From Isurus oxyrinchus (Eukaryota): a stretch of DNA of 64,000 nucleotides. The position numbers and the translations under genes are program-made. This document shows positions 52,325 through 64,000 of this stretch, one piece after another (the first letter of the stretch is position 1; each line of letters begins with the position of its first letter). Under the pieces are notes generated by a model. It saw only the letters and a program-made list of their open reading frames with translations, was not told the origin of the DNA and did not search any database. The DNA lies in the NCBI GenBank assembly GCA_026770705.1, contig JANJGN010000035.1:7564001-7628000 (forward strand), in the 5' to 3' direction.

Positions 52325-54535
52325 CGCAATATTTGGTTGTGGACATCTTAGGTCTTCCGCAAGCATGACCCACAACTTTCTTTCACTTGGCAAAATATGC
52401 GATCCTGCTCACATGCCAAACTTTCCATCCTTGGCCAGCTGCAATGTTCCACTGAAGTCCAATGCAAAATGCAGGAACAATACCTCACATTCTCATAATG
52501 CACTATGCAGCCTTCCCAGCTTAAAACGGATTGCAACAACTTCAGTTCATGAACAATCTCCTCTGTCTTCAAACTTTTTAAATATTTTTATTTGTTTTAA
52601 TATTTTGTGCAATTAGTTAGTTTTATTCATTAAATCATTGCATTCTCTTTTAAAATTAGTTTTTTCCTTTTTGCCTTAAAAACGCTCCACCACCCACAAC
52701 CACAGCAACACCACCCGCCCACATCTACTGCCAACAACCCGCGAGAACAGTGGCATCTGCCAATTGTTTTATCTTCTCTTGAAGAAATTGCTGACCCTTG
52801 TTCTACAATTAACACTTTCTAACTTCTCAAACTTATGCTACTATCAAAATCTACTTTAGAATTCGCCACTGCAGGTGACAATTTATTTGTTTTATGCGGT
52901 ACATCTATGTTAGTCTCTCCTCCACCCCCACCTATAGATGATGTTCTACCCTGCTTTACCTATTCCAACACCAAAAACAGCCCCCGCCCCGCAACAAGCC
53001 ACCCCCACACCCATCCACGTGCAACAGTACTAATTCCATCTTATTTTTTTTTTAGCTCGGAAATCTCATCACAAACGAAAGTATCGATTTGTGAAATCTC
53101 GCCTTTTCCAAGCATGGACGGTGAAACCTCTGTTAAAGGAGGATATCCAGGGGAAATGTTCGATCGTGAATTGATGACCGTTACCAGTGATACGATGAAA
53201 TTTTGGAACAGATCGTGTGTCCTCTAAATGTTTTGATCACCTGTAAACTAAGCCAGGATGCCCTCAGTTCCTTCATCGAGGTCATTAATGTCTAAAGTAA
53301 AAGGTTGTGATCCCAACTCTGACACATGCTGAACTCCACTAGTCATCGGCCGCAATCCTGAGAAGGACCCCTTATCCCCACTCTCTGCCTCCTGCCAGTG
53401 GATTAATCTTCTATCCATGCTAATACCTTGCCATTAACACCATGGGCTCTTATCTTACTGAGCAGCCTCCTGTTCTTGTCAAAGGCCTCCTGAAAGTGCA
53501 AATGCATAACATCCATTGACTCTCCTTTGTGTAACATATTTGTTAAATCCTCAAAGAATTCTAACAGATTTGCCAGTCATGACTTGTCCTTGATGAAACC
53601 ATGATGATTCTGGCCAAATTTACAATGAACTTCCAAGTATTTGAAATCTCATCCTTAATAATGGACTCGAAAATCTTACCAACGACCAACATCAGTCTAA
53701 TCAGCCTGTAATTTCCTGTCTTTTGCCTCAATCCCTACTTAACCAGGGGGGTCACATTAGCGATTCTCCAGTCCTCGGGGACCCTCCCTGGCTCCAGTGA
53801 TTCCGGAAAAATCACCACTAATGCATCCACTATCTCTTCAGTTAGCTCCTTCAGAACAGTTCGAGCTTGTGCGTATGAGCCTGTGAATATGTGCATGTGA
53901 ATGTTTGTGCTTGTGTCTGTGCCTTGTGAGCGCATTGTTTCACAGAGCATGCACATTGTCTCAGGAGTGTACGGAGTTTCAAAATAGTCGATATTCCGTG
54001 AAATGTTCCCGCAATATAGCAAGGTGTCAGAGCAATTTCAGCATCATTTCCTGGGTCATAATCCTGTCAGGTTAGGTTAGGTTTTCACATTGTGCCTGTC
54101 TCATGCAAAGTTTGTATAGGGTTTAACAAAATATTCTTGGCAACAAGGGCACATTTATTTTTTGTTGTGCTTTGGTTTTAAAATTGGTCTATGGCATTCA
54201 AAAAATCATAGGCAGTATTTGAAAATGCATGTTAACTGGAATAGAAAGTGAAAAATTCCATGTTGCTCTCTCCTTGATCAGAGTGGCCTGGTTGGACAAA
54301 ATGTTGCCGGAAAAGTGTCCCCAAATAAAAGGAACAGACTAGCAACAACATTTTAATTGGCCCCTAATCTTATGACAAAGTTGTAGTGTGATAGCAGAGA
54401 TTAGGGCGATCCTCGCCTGCAATGCAAACACAAATAAAGCCATTTTGCACTTTGTTGTAATAGTTACCGGAAATCTTCAAGTCTAGCTCGCTGATATCTC
54501 TGTAACATGCTCTCTCTGAGAAAGGAAAACCCTTG
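52325..54535 (-). pseudogene. Second FERM domain exons
   Basis: 54535-54468 RVFLSQREHVTEI; from 54416 LQLCHKI/GAN*NVVASLFLLF..RPL; exon from 53223; ~52870 FLQEKIKQLADATVLA; ~52645-52325 LKTEEIVHELKLLQSVLSWEGCIV. Confidence 0.5.
53240..53860 (-). mobile_element. CR1 RT fragment (comparatively well preserved)
   Basis: LKELTEEIVDALVVIFPESLEPGRVPEDWRIANVTPL, with HGFIKDKS..NLLEFFE and SGVQ downstream. Confidence 0.92.
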
Positions 54536-54590
54536 CTAGACAAAAAAGCGAAATAAGCAGCAGCAAAATTTTAAAAAAATATTGTTCAAC

Positions 54591-56722
54591 CTCACAACTA
54601 AACATTGACAGTTTTGGAGGGCCACCTTGTGTCATTAACAATGGTCGACAAGGAATGTGCGGTGACATGAATGAAAATCTATGCACATAACTCTGTATGC
54701 GGGTTTGGTGCAATTGACCTATTTTATGTCACGTGCCTGTGTGTGTGTGTGTCTCTGCTTCTGTGTGTTTGTGTGTAGACGTTTATAAAGGGGTAGAATT
54801 CATGCCATAGAGTTATAATTTCGCAGGTCGTATTTCTTTATTTTAATGCTGCTCGAAGTCATTTTTTTTCTTACGTAGTAAATTACATGTTAGGCTTACA
54901 CACCTGGTGTTCGGAATCTTTTATTATAAGTTACAAATTTAGATGTTTGTAGAGCAATATGGTGGTCTAATTTAAATTTTCATCTTTGCTTCAGATTGGG
55001 GAGCACTGGGGCTGTGAATTACAGCACCTGATTCACAGTGATAATCAATGTAGAGAGCTTTACGATCAACAGGATCTTGACAAAATGCATATGGGGACCA
55101 AAATCCCCTAAATGTAATATAACGTATTGCGGTGCAGAAATGACCTGTCAAGACTTGTCTTCGATTGATGTCGTCAAAGGAAAATTAAAGGCGTATATGG
55201 TACTTCCTGGATTTTCACAAATCTGCCAGGGTATAACATATGTGCTACAAAAAGTGCACAGCACATTATCTCTTGCCATAATCCGGAAAGGCTCACCCAC
55301 TGTCACACCCACCCACAATCTCATGCAATCACGCACATAACTTATATTCCTCTTATTCATATGTCATCCATTCACTGCACTGAATACCTTATGGTCTTCA
55401 AAATGGAGATGGCCTTCAAAAATGATGAAGTATCGGTAGCAGCATTGTAGGCAGCTAATTGATCAGAAAATCAATAGATTGCGTCATATTTAGCAGTGCT
55501 ATCACGTTGGACCTGACAATAGTGGTGTAATATGAAATAGCAAATTGTACAAGGAATCTCAACGAACATCTGCAACCTCCTACATGGCAGGTATCAGCAC
55601 GTTAGTAAAAAAAAAATGTTGCTGCATTCGGGCCTATTTTCTGCTTGATGTATCAAGGGCATGATATAATTCAGCCTCTTATGATACCAGTTTCCACTAG
55701 TTCTGGTTACATATAGCAGGTATCAAGTACTAAAGGAAATCATTTGATATATCAAGTGTCAAGGTTCCAAAAAAAAAGCTTGGGACGTCGAAAAGCTGTC
55801 TCAGTTCAAGGAAACAAGTCATTAACCAACAATGTGGAAAATTTAATAGGCATGATCTTCCGAAGAAGAGCAGAACAAATCCGAATACATCAATTTTCAC
55901 CCGAAATATTGAGCATATGTTATCAACAAAGTCATGAAAATTATCATTAACAATGCATTCAAGCGGACAATCCATTAAATCAGCTGATGTTCTGCCAGGA
56001 CAACTCTACTCCGGACATCATTGTAGACTAGGTCTAACCACTCGCCCAAAGTCCAGGATTACATAGGTAAATTTTGTGTTACTGGCCCTCATACCAAGGC
56101 AGCAATTGACCCAGAGTGTGCCTTCAACTGATTGCTGCGTTGATATTTTTATCTCAATGAGAATCAGAGTAAAAATTTCTTGTGGCTCAAGTCAAGTATA
56201 TTAAAAAGGGGAAGAAAGTTTTTGATTGTTGAATGACAATTATCTCAAGTCCAACATATCACTTCAGTTGTTCTTTCGGGCAGTGCCTTATGCCAACCAT
56301 TATCGGTATACTTTGTCTGCCACCCGTCTTGCCTCTTTATATCAGAGCGAACGGAAGTCGTTTTTTATTGCATCGTGTCCAGTACATCAAAATTAACCCA
56401 AATTGTAAGGAAGCCCATGCATAAATGCACAACAAAAAACAAATTTGCACTTAATTTAGTATTTAAAGTGATGTAATAACATATTTCCACACAAAACAAG
56501 AAAAGTACCATGTGAGTAAAAAATTGAGTCTAAGTAGCGCCTATTGACACTGCAAGGTATTATCATCACCGATTGGTCGGCCATAACTTTTTTGCATATC
56601 ACCAATAAAAATAATCTTAACTGGCAACGTAAAAATATAACTCTGTCTACCGTTCTTCCCCCTATAAAAATAAAGGAAACACTGGTCCGTTCACCCCTTG
56701 ACTCTACAAATTGCGCCAAAGC
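54591..56722 (-). pseudogene. First FERM domain exons (FRMD8/KRIT1-like F1)
   Basis: 56722-56509 VSFIFIGGRTV; ~56400 TIWVNFDVLDT; to 55901 WLDLVYNDVRSRVVL....IVRLNALLM; 55729-55513 YLIP....W....ELYHAL..SS...ARMQ..FFLLTC*YLP...QMF; 55454-55388 plus 55244-55145 KAISILKTIS|TYVIPW; from 54718 RVMCIDFHS. This is the canonical F1-F2-F3 order. Confidence 0.7.
54738..54776. repeat. (TG)n microsatellite, imperfect
   Basis: Direct TG runs. Confidence 0.85.
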
Positions 56723-58444
56723 CTAAATTACACTTTGCTTTGGAATGACATGCTTCCCATGTGGCTGCCTTTCCAAGAACTCTCACGAAAGCTGTTATCA
56801 TTAAGTGACGAGAATTCCACTTCAACGACACGCCATCTGCAACGTTGAACAACTTCCTACAACCCAGTTGTGCTGTGGCTGTAGTGTGTACCTCAACGGA
56901 ATGTTTGAAACGTGAAAGATGCCGAAATGTGTCGGGGAACTGCTACTTATATATTTAATCCAAAATGGCTTCAGTGTGTATCAGGATTCAGGATTTATTA
57001 TGAATCTACAGGGTCTGGCTGAGTTCAACAGACAATAAGGTCATGAGGACAAAAAGCAATTATATCGCACCATTATCATGATATTTGCATTAACAATCCA
57101 TCTGCAAGCGTTATCAAACACAATTTGCCACTGGTGAACGATAAGAGGCAATAATGGAATCTTAAGGTTTTTTTTCCAGAATGCTGAATACCAGGCCGAA
57201 ATGGTGGAGTGAAGAAAATCGGAAATACTTAAAATGCCCGAATTCTGTGAACAGTGAGATCTCGGGAGGTTTAGGTCTGTAGACGCTCACATCAGTATGA
57301 AGAGACAAGGTTCTATGGGGATTAGAAAAGCATAAGTATTCCAAGTTTATACCTGGCTTAAAACAAGATCCAACGTCTGTTACCGGGCAAAAGGTTGATC
57401 GGGTGATTCGGAGCTCGTGAGGCTATCAAAGACGGCTGCAATTTGCAAAGACTTCACGTTTGTGAATGTTACCTTTAGGTAGTCCTGCCTGGCGTACAAC
57501 AGACAAGTGTCGATTCTATTTGTTATGTCCGACACGTGAATTTTCGAGACAGGGTAGTTGAGGTAAAGGGGCAATCAACATTGTCTTTTCACGTCAAAAT
57601 AAGTGGCCTCAATGGTGATGCGGAAATGTAATACGAAGCTCACACTAAGAAGAATTCCAATAACATGGGGTTCACCAGGAGATCCTTCTTACGTATAGGT
57701 TTGCAGTCGATTGGTGAGGGGAAAAAAAGCTTGCAACGGCATTATAATTCAAAGCCTTCTACCTTGCCAATCGTGATTTATTTGTATCATGCAAACAATC
57801 ATTAACTATACAGCCTGTGTTGATGTTAAACGAGGTAGCATGTGGGATCTGGAGGAATCATAATGCCTTTTTTGTTAATTCACGGTGTATCAGAAGTTAC
57901 TCAGATATTTTTTTTTGTCTATACAATGGATTCAGGTCATGCAACAAGTATATGGGTTATTGACATTTAAAATGGCGAGGCCACTTATGCAATAAATATC
58001 TATGTCTTAACAGGTTTTGAAAAACACCACTTCTTAAAACTTTAGCCAAGTTTTCGTTTTATTTCACACTGTGTTAGAATTCTTGCAGATGTTTACCTGG
58101 TGAAAAAGCCTGACAAGTTACAGGCTGATGTGTGTAAGTTTCGTCTTGTGTTAGGAGTTTCCCACGTTTGTATATGTTGGAACAATCCCTCACAGCCAGT
58201 TGAACTCCAACTTAACAGTGTTGCTTTTGTGTCAATTTTGAATAAGTTTGTCATGTGCATCGTTATCTAATGCCTTTTGATCACACGAATATACAACACG
58301 TACATGATTGCATCCAATAACCGTTAGAATTCACCATAAGCTTTTCCTAGAGCAAAAGCCATCAGCACCACACCAATGAAAAGGAACCACCAGGGCACAA
58401 TACAATTTTAATGAAATTTCACTGTAGCAAAACTGCTTAAATTA

Positions 58445-59645
58445 GCCTATGCTGTTGACGAGGTGTACATCGAATTTGGAAAGGCTTTCAATACAGTGCC
58501 ACACAAAATACTTTTGAGAAAAGTTATAGCTCATGTAACAAAAGGGACAAAAGCAGTGTGGATAGAAAATTGTTTGAGCAATAGGAAACAGGGTGTAATG
58601 GTCAACCAATATTTTTCTGGTCGGAGGAAGGTGTGTCTTGAATTTTCCCAAGGATTTGTACTGCGGCCCTTGCTTTTCCTGATTTATATTAATGATCCAA
58701 GCCCTAGATTGTACGTGACAATTTCAACGTTTGCAAAAGAAGCAAAACTTAAACGCATTGTCAAATGTGAGGGAAACAGCCTTGAATGTCAAAATTACCT
58801 ACACAAGTTGTTGGAGTGGGCTGATTTGTGGCAGATGAAGTTTATTGCGGAGAAGCGTGAGGTAATTCAATTTGGTAGGAAGAAAATAGAGAGACAATAT
58901 TAAATAGAGGGTACATGTTTAAAGGTGTATGGGGTTAGAGAAGCCTGGAAGTAAATGTGCATATATTATTGAAGTTGGCAGAACAGGGTGGGGGGGGGGG
59001 GGGGGGAGCACTTAGAAAGAACCCTGGTTGTTAATAATCGGGCATTGAATACAAGGGTAGGGAGGATAACCTGAGTTTATATGGGGCCCATTTAGAAACA
59101 AGTTGGAGAATCATGTATAGTTCTGTGTGCCACGTTATGGAAAAAGTTTTTTTGTATTATATAAATTTCTCAAGAGGTTTCCGGGAATGTCTCCAGGGAT
59201 GAGAAGCTTGAGTAACGAAGAAAGATTGGTGAAACTGGGACTGTTTTGCTAGGAGTGGAGAAGGCCAGTAGGATAATTTATAGCGGTGTTCAAAATCAGG
59301 ATGGAGTTGGAAAGAGGACAAAGGGAGAAGCTTTTCTGTTTGTCAAGCGATCAATAATGAGAGGGCACAGAGTTAAAGTGATTTGCAAAAGAAGAAATGT
59401 GATACAAGAAAAGAAAAACAAAACACTTAGAGTGTGGCTCGAGTCCCGAATTTTCAGACTGGAAGTCTGGTAATGTCAGGTTCAATCGAAACATAAAAGA
59501 AGGCATTAGATGATTATCTGATTAGTTGCAATGCATAATTTTACCGGGGGAAACAGAGAAAATGCTTTAAATTCTATTGCTCGCTTGGAGAGCCGGTGCA
59601 AACACAATTGTCCTTCTGTGTTGTAACATGTCTGTGGCTCTGTGA
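58445..59645 (+). mobile_element. 5'-truncated CR1 LINE (RT to 3' end)
   Basis: ORF 58463-58903 reads YIEFGKAFNTVPHKILL..QGFVLRPLLFLIYIND..WADLWQMKF; the 3' UTR ends in tctgtg repeats. Confidence 0.92.
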
Positions 59646-62440
59646 TTCAAACTTTAAAACAGCTAGAGGGCCTTTCAAATCAAAATGTGCTTTTTAATGT
59701 TTATGGAAGAAAGACATTCCTCACGAAGTTACAGGCAACCGCATTAGCTCATGAACAAAAATGGTGCTACATGAAATCATTGAAACTTGCAATCTGAGAA
59801 TGTAGCATCTTTCACTTCTGAAATGAATCATTACGACCGTGGAATAGCAAACCACGAGCTGAGGCACTCCATCTGATTTCCTCAGTCAGTTTTAGAAGTG
59901 ACAAGGTGCATATGTACAAACACAATCTCTCCTAGGTCATTAGGATCTTGAAGTCAAAAAATCTTCAGCCAACTCCTACTTCAGGACTCTCAAAAGGCCT
60001 GCGCATCTTTTGCAAATCTTAAATAAAAACTTTGCACTTTATCAATCAGCAACTCCCTAATCTTCCTGTCTTCATTGCTACATTGTTCTAACTTCTAACA
60101 AACGGGTGCACACAGACACATAGTGAAGCAGTGTCCGCCCTACTCTCAGAGACCAATATGAACACGAGTATGATTTTGCAAACTGCCAAAGTTAAACTTT
60201 CTCTATTCGGTAAAAAGAAAAAAAAACATTTGTTTGTTCCCTTATTGATGAAATTTTCTCAAAATCAAAGGGTACATAACTGCATTTGATGTTCTTTTTA
60301 ATTTTTGGTTGGCAGCTCTTCACACCCAAGGCAATCCAATGAAACATGGGTATCGTTTGGAAGCTAACAATGTCATGCATAAAAATTTAAAAAAGAGGTA
60401 TTTTCTGTGAGAATACTCACTGGTCCATTTTTTTTCTTGAAGAAACCATCAAACAGAAGTAAAATGCATGCGCCCCATAATACAATTAAAGTTGAGTATC
60501 CCCCGTCTAGAAGAAATAAAACGCCTTACAGAAATAAGCTTTTTTTTCGCAACCCTAACATAATGCAACAGGTTGTAACATTATAAAGAGCTTGACGACT
60601 ATCCCACTATATGCTTAGAGATTAATGATTATATGATTTTTGGCCTAGTTATTACTTTTCAGCTGAGGGAGTTTGATAATGATTTTATTCATTTCAAAAA
60701 TTATCTTAACCACCTCCTTTGCAACTATGTGTCACTGAAATTGAACTTTACGCAATCACTTTTGTTTACATTTGGTCAATTCCACTTTCTGATGTTCTAA
60801 CGTGCTTTCAGGGAATAGTGTTCGTTGCTGCAGCTTTACAACCTAACTTTGGACTCTTCTTTTTGTCTCTCCATTCACAATCAAAACCTATATCTCCTTG
60901 TTTTCATCATTAGTTTTCTAACATCGTTCATGTGCTATGTCTTCATTATTATTTCATACTAGTTAGCACATTTTAAAACTGTCATTCCGCTTTTTGACTG
61001 AGGCTGATGAACTTAGAACTTAAACAATATACACATATCAGGCAGATCTTCTGATACTTTCAGCACTTAGTTAATCAGAATATCAATATCAGAATCACGT
61101 TTATATAAAATCATTATTTAATTTGTTTCAAATCAGTCAACTACACTTGTAAAACTTCACTTTCAGAAGGATTTTCTGACATCACTGCATGATGCAATAA
61201 CTTCTAGACAGCCATCTCATTTCAAATAAGGTACCCAGCCATCCCATAGGTAAATAACGAACACGTCGACAGAAAAAAAGCGCATTAGCCTACCTACATA
61301 TCAAATGAATTTTATAGAATGGACTGTGGAAATAATTCCGAACAAAATTAATCAATACTTAATTATGCACCCTGTTTTTCGTTTATTTATTTGTAGACAA
61401 ATTCATTTGAGTTGCTATCATCAGTGCTGCGTTGATTTATTCTCTCATATAACTAGGAACATAGTTCCTGCCTCACCAAGCAACATTTGTGAGGCTTCTT
61501 CATGAGAAAGAAAACAGTTATAATTCAATCTCCCCAAATAAACTCAATCAGCAAACATAGGAAATCATTTCGGCTTGTCATAGGCTTTCCTTCCCTACTA
61601 TATTTTATTCTCTGAAGGGGCATTCTCAACTGCCAAAACGTCAGAACTGAAGTGCTTTTTATTTTTAATGGCAGAACTATCTATAACCCCCTTCAAATCA
61701 AACTAGTCCAACATACGTTTCACTTGTCTAACCAGAGGAGTGGCTGCGTCCTTAAACATGCTGCGAGTGTCACAAAAACGTTTAGATTCTCTCTGAGTTC
61801 CACGACTGGGGCATTTTTCTAATATGTGTGTGAGTGAGTTCATTATCGACATCTGCAATTTTTGCAGTATTATATATTTACATTCTGTACCTGTATAGTA
61901 CATATATACATGCTTCCAAATGAGAAGTTATTCCCATGGGGTTACATTTTGTTTAACTCTACCACCACAACCAGTTCCCCAATGTTATTAAAGTCTTGTT
62001 CAATATTCAGTGACATTCGCATGCTGCAAATATCTACGTCATTTTGTCTGGCAAATAACGCTAGGATTTTATTGTGTTGCTCCTTCAAATTTGAAAAAAA
62101 TAATGTCAGTAATATTGAGATAGAAAATAATAAGCAATGAGAACAACATTATTGCACGGTCTTAGTAATCTGATTGTTCCTCTAAAAGACGTGTTTACAC
62201 ATTATAACATATTCGCACGGAAATAAAAAAAACTGAAGAAGCGTTTTTTTTTTTCTTATATATTTCCTGGGATGTTTTCATGGTTAGCAAATTGCCCACC
62301 TATAATTAAACTTTGCTAGGTTGGTGGTGCGGTGCTTTCTTAAAACTTGTTCTGATTAAGTAAGTAACATAGGCAGAAGACCTGATGAGGTTAATCATCA
62401 GTTGGGCTGAAGTGATGGAGAACTAAGTAGGCTCCTCATT

Positions 62441-62628
62441 NNNNNNNNNNNNNNNNNNNNNNNNNNNNNNNNNNNNNNNNNNNNNNNNNNNNNNNNNNNN
62501 NNNNNNNNNNNNNNNNNNNNNNNNNNNNNNNNNNNNNNNNNNNNNNNNNNNNNNNNNNNNNNNNNNNNNNNNNNNNNNNNNNNNNNNNNNNNNNNNNNNN
62601 NNNNNNNNNNNNNNNNNNNNNNNNNNNN
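62441..62628. other. Assembly gap (188 N) adjoining a (GA)n/(GATA)n repeat
   Basis: A run of N followed by agagagagag and gatagataga. Confidence 0.99.
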
Positions 62629-64000
62629 ATAGAGAGAGAGAGATAACAGTACAAAAAGAAGTTGGATAGATAGATAGATGTAAATAAGTTGCGAGAGAGA
62701 CATATACCTTTTCCTAGTGTAACAAAAAATAAAGATACATGTCTGAGATGCTTCCTTTTCATCAATCTAATATCTCGATTGAGAATGCTTCAGTGGAGAG
62801 GTACTTTAATGAACTGTCAATACTGCTGTTGCTGATGATTCCTGTTAAACATATTAAAAGTCCCATTCAATCGTTTCTTTCAAAAGATATATGGTAGACA
62901 ATGATCAAAAACGGATAAATCACTCTTGCTGCAATACGTTGTCTTAACAGTTGCGAAACCTCAGCGAATGCAACGGCCATTTCGTATGCAATTCATTGTG
63001 ATCTACTCAGTTGATGAACTTCAAACGATAGCTCACATGCCCTAAACATAGGTTAGCTATTTGTCCATTTAGAGTTGATTTCAGACCCAATATAGCCGAA
63101 GCAACGAGCACGTAATTTCCCTTCCTAAGGCAGTTACAATCGTAGGCAGTTACAATCGTGGCACGCACTTCAAACAGAATGCATTTCACTCTCAAGGGCT
63201 CAAAGTCCGTTGGGAAAACTTAGCATCTAGTCCATTTCCATTTCCAAAAAAGCTAATCCATCATGCAAAATCTCACTTCCAGAAAAAACAATATTGATAA
63301 TTTGGCTGTTTTTTTTTTGCCTCTCAGGTCATCTTTAGTGGTATGAACGAGCTGCAAACAAGGATCTGCCAGGAATTTTAAATTGAAATTTTCCTTACTG
63401 TATCCAGTAGAGCTAAATGGCCAGTGGATGGACAAGGTGCGGATTGTTCTGAACTGGATGAATACACACTGGAGGTTTTTCTTGGTCTGTTATGCTGTGG
63501 AAAGAATACTATCAAATTAATCATGATAGAGTTGGAGGTGGCGATAGGATTGTAAATACCAGTCGATTCATTGGCAACAGAGCCGAAATTGCTTCCTCTT
63601 GTAACACAAAAAATGCTTCAATAGGGTCTGATGCTCTGATTTAAAATAACCTTAACCATAGGATCGCGAGTTGAAGTGGTTATGAGGCTGATGACCCTGA
63701 TTTTAAAAGTTTCAAAAACCAGCAAGATCTTGCTACCTTTTTTAAAAAAAATTGCCAGTACCATGAGCAACGTGGAAGGTCAAAGTGCAATGAAATGCAC
63801 AAAGGCCCATTAGATATCTAAGGCACAGCCCTTGTCCATGGAGACTATATGTCTGCAAGGGTTAACTTGACACTGGCTCATGTGTTCAAGCACACGAGAT
63901 TGCAATCCAGGAAAAATAAAATGCACCCGACGTCAAAACCCACGAGAAAAAGTTAGAGACCTGTGACATGACTTGAATGCAAGCTCTTTGAAGCTGTAAT

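Larger units (their letters stand above)
45288..63600 (-). pseudogene. Large multi-exon scaffold pseudogene: multi-PDZ / FERM / FERM / RGS-like / PDZ / FERM / four-helix bundle (5' end probably beyond window)
   Basis: More than 20 exon-like segments with AG/GT boundaries whose translations follow PDZ, FERM and RGS motif order (see sub-features). Nearly all carry stops or frameshifts. Confidence 0.65.
58097..63600 (-). pseudogene. Tandem N-terminal PDZ exons (about 3-4 domains)
   Basis: 63494-63399 VFIQ/..APCPSTGHLALLDT|LVH..DLRG; 62090-61946 ..GELVVVVELNK; 61890-61733 KLQMSI; 59793-59725 RLQVSMISCSTIFVHEL; 58346-58097 ALDNDAHDKLIQN*HKSNTVKLEF. Confidence 0.5.

Noticed and set aside
62398-62765. 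ORFs spanning X runs
   Set aside because: Artefacts of the N gap.
63128-63159. 16-bp perfect tandem duplication (aggcagttacaatcgt x2)
   Set aside because: Only two copies with no spacers; an ordinary slippage duplication, not a CRISPR-like array.
1-64000. Prokaryotic features (operons, CRISPR, defence systems), rRNA and tRNA genes
   Set aside because: None were seen. The sequence is intron- and LINE-rich vertebrate DNA.

Overview
AT-rich eukaryotic genomic DNA. It is most likely from a cartilaginous fish (shark-like), inferred from the CR1/L2-like LINE families, Penelope-like termini, Harbinger remnants and the NLR subtype. Most ORFs in the supplied track are spurious or are fragments of transposable elements. 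About half the window is decayed transposable elements: CR1, a second CR1/L2-like LINE family, Gypsy, Harbinger and a possible R4-like LINE, plus microsatellites and a 188-N gap. I found no intact protein-coding gene. Manual spliced translation shows three adjacent, heavily disabled multi-exon genes. (1) An IL-17-receptor-like gene (ectodomain exons, TM exon, SEFIR/TIR exon) on the minus strand, ~15.4-27.8 kb, with a possible first exon at 33.8 kb. (2) A shark-type NLR (CARD-like?, NACHT, LRR) on the plus strand, ~35.1-45.2 kb. (3) A large minus-strand scaffold gene from beyond the right edge to 45.3 kb, with an architecture I do not recognise from any named vertebrate gene: several PDZ, FERM, FERM, RGS-like, PDZ, SNX17/27-type FERM and a four-helix bundle. 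A possible fourth exon cluster lies at 13.3-15.2 kb. All domain calls come from motif recognition by eye, without database searches.
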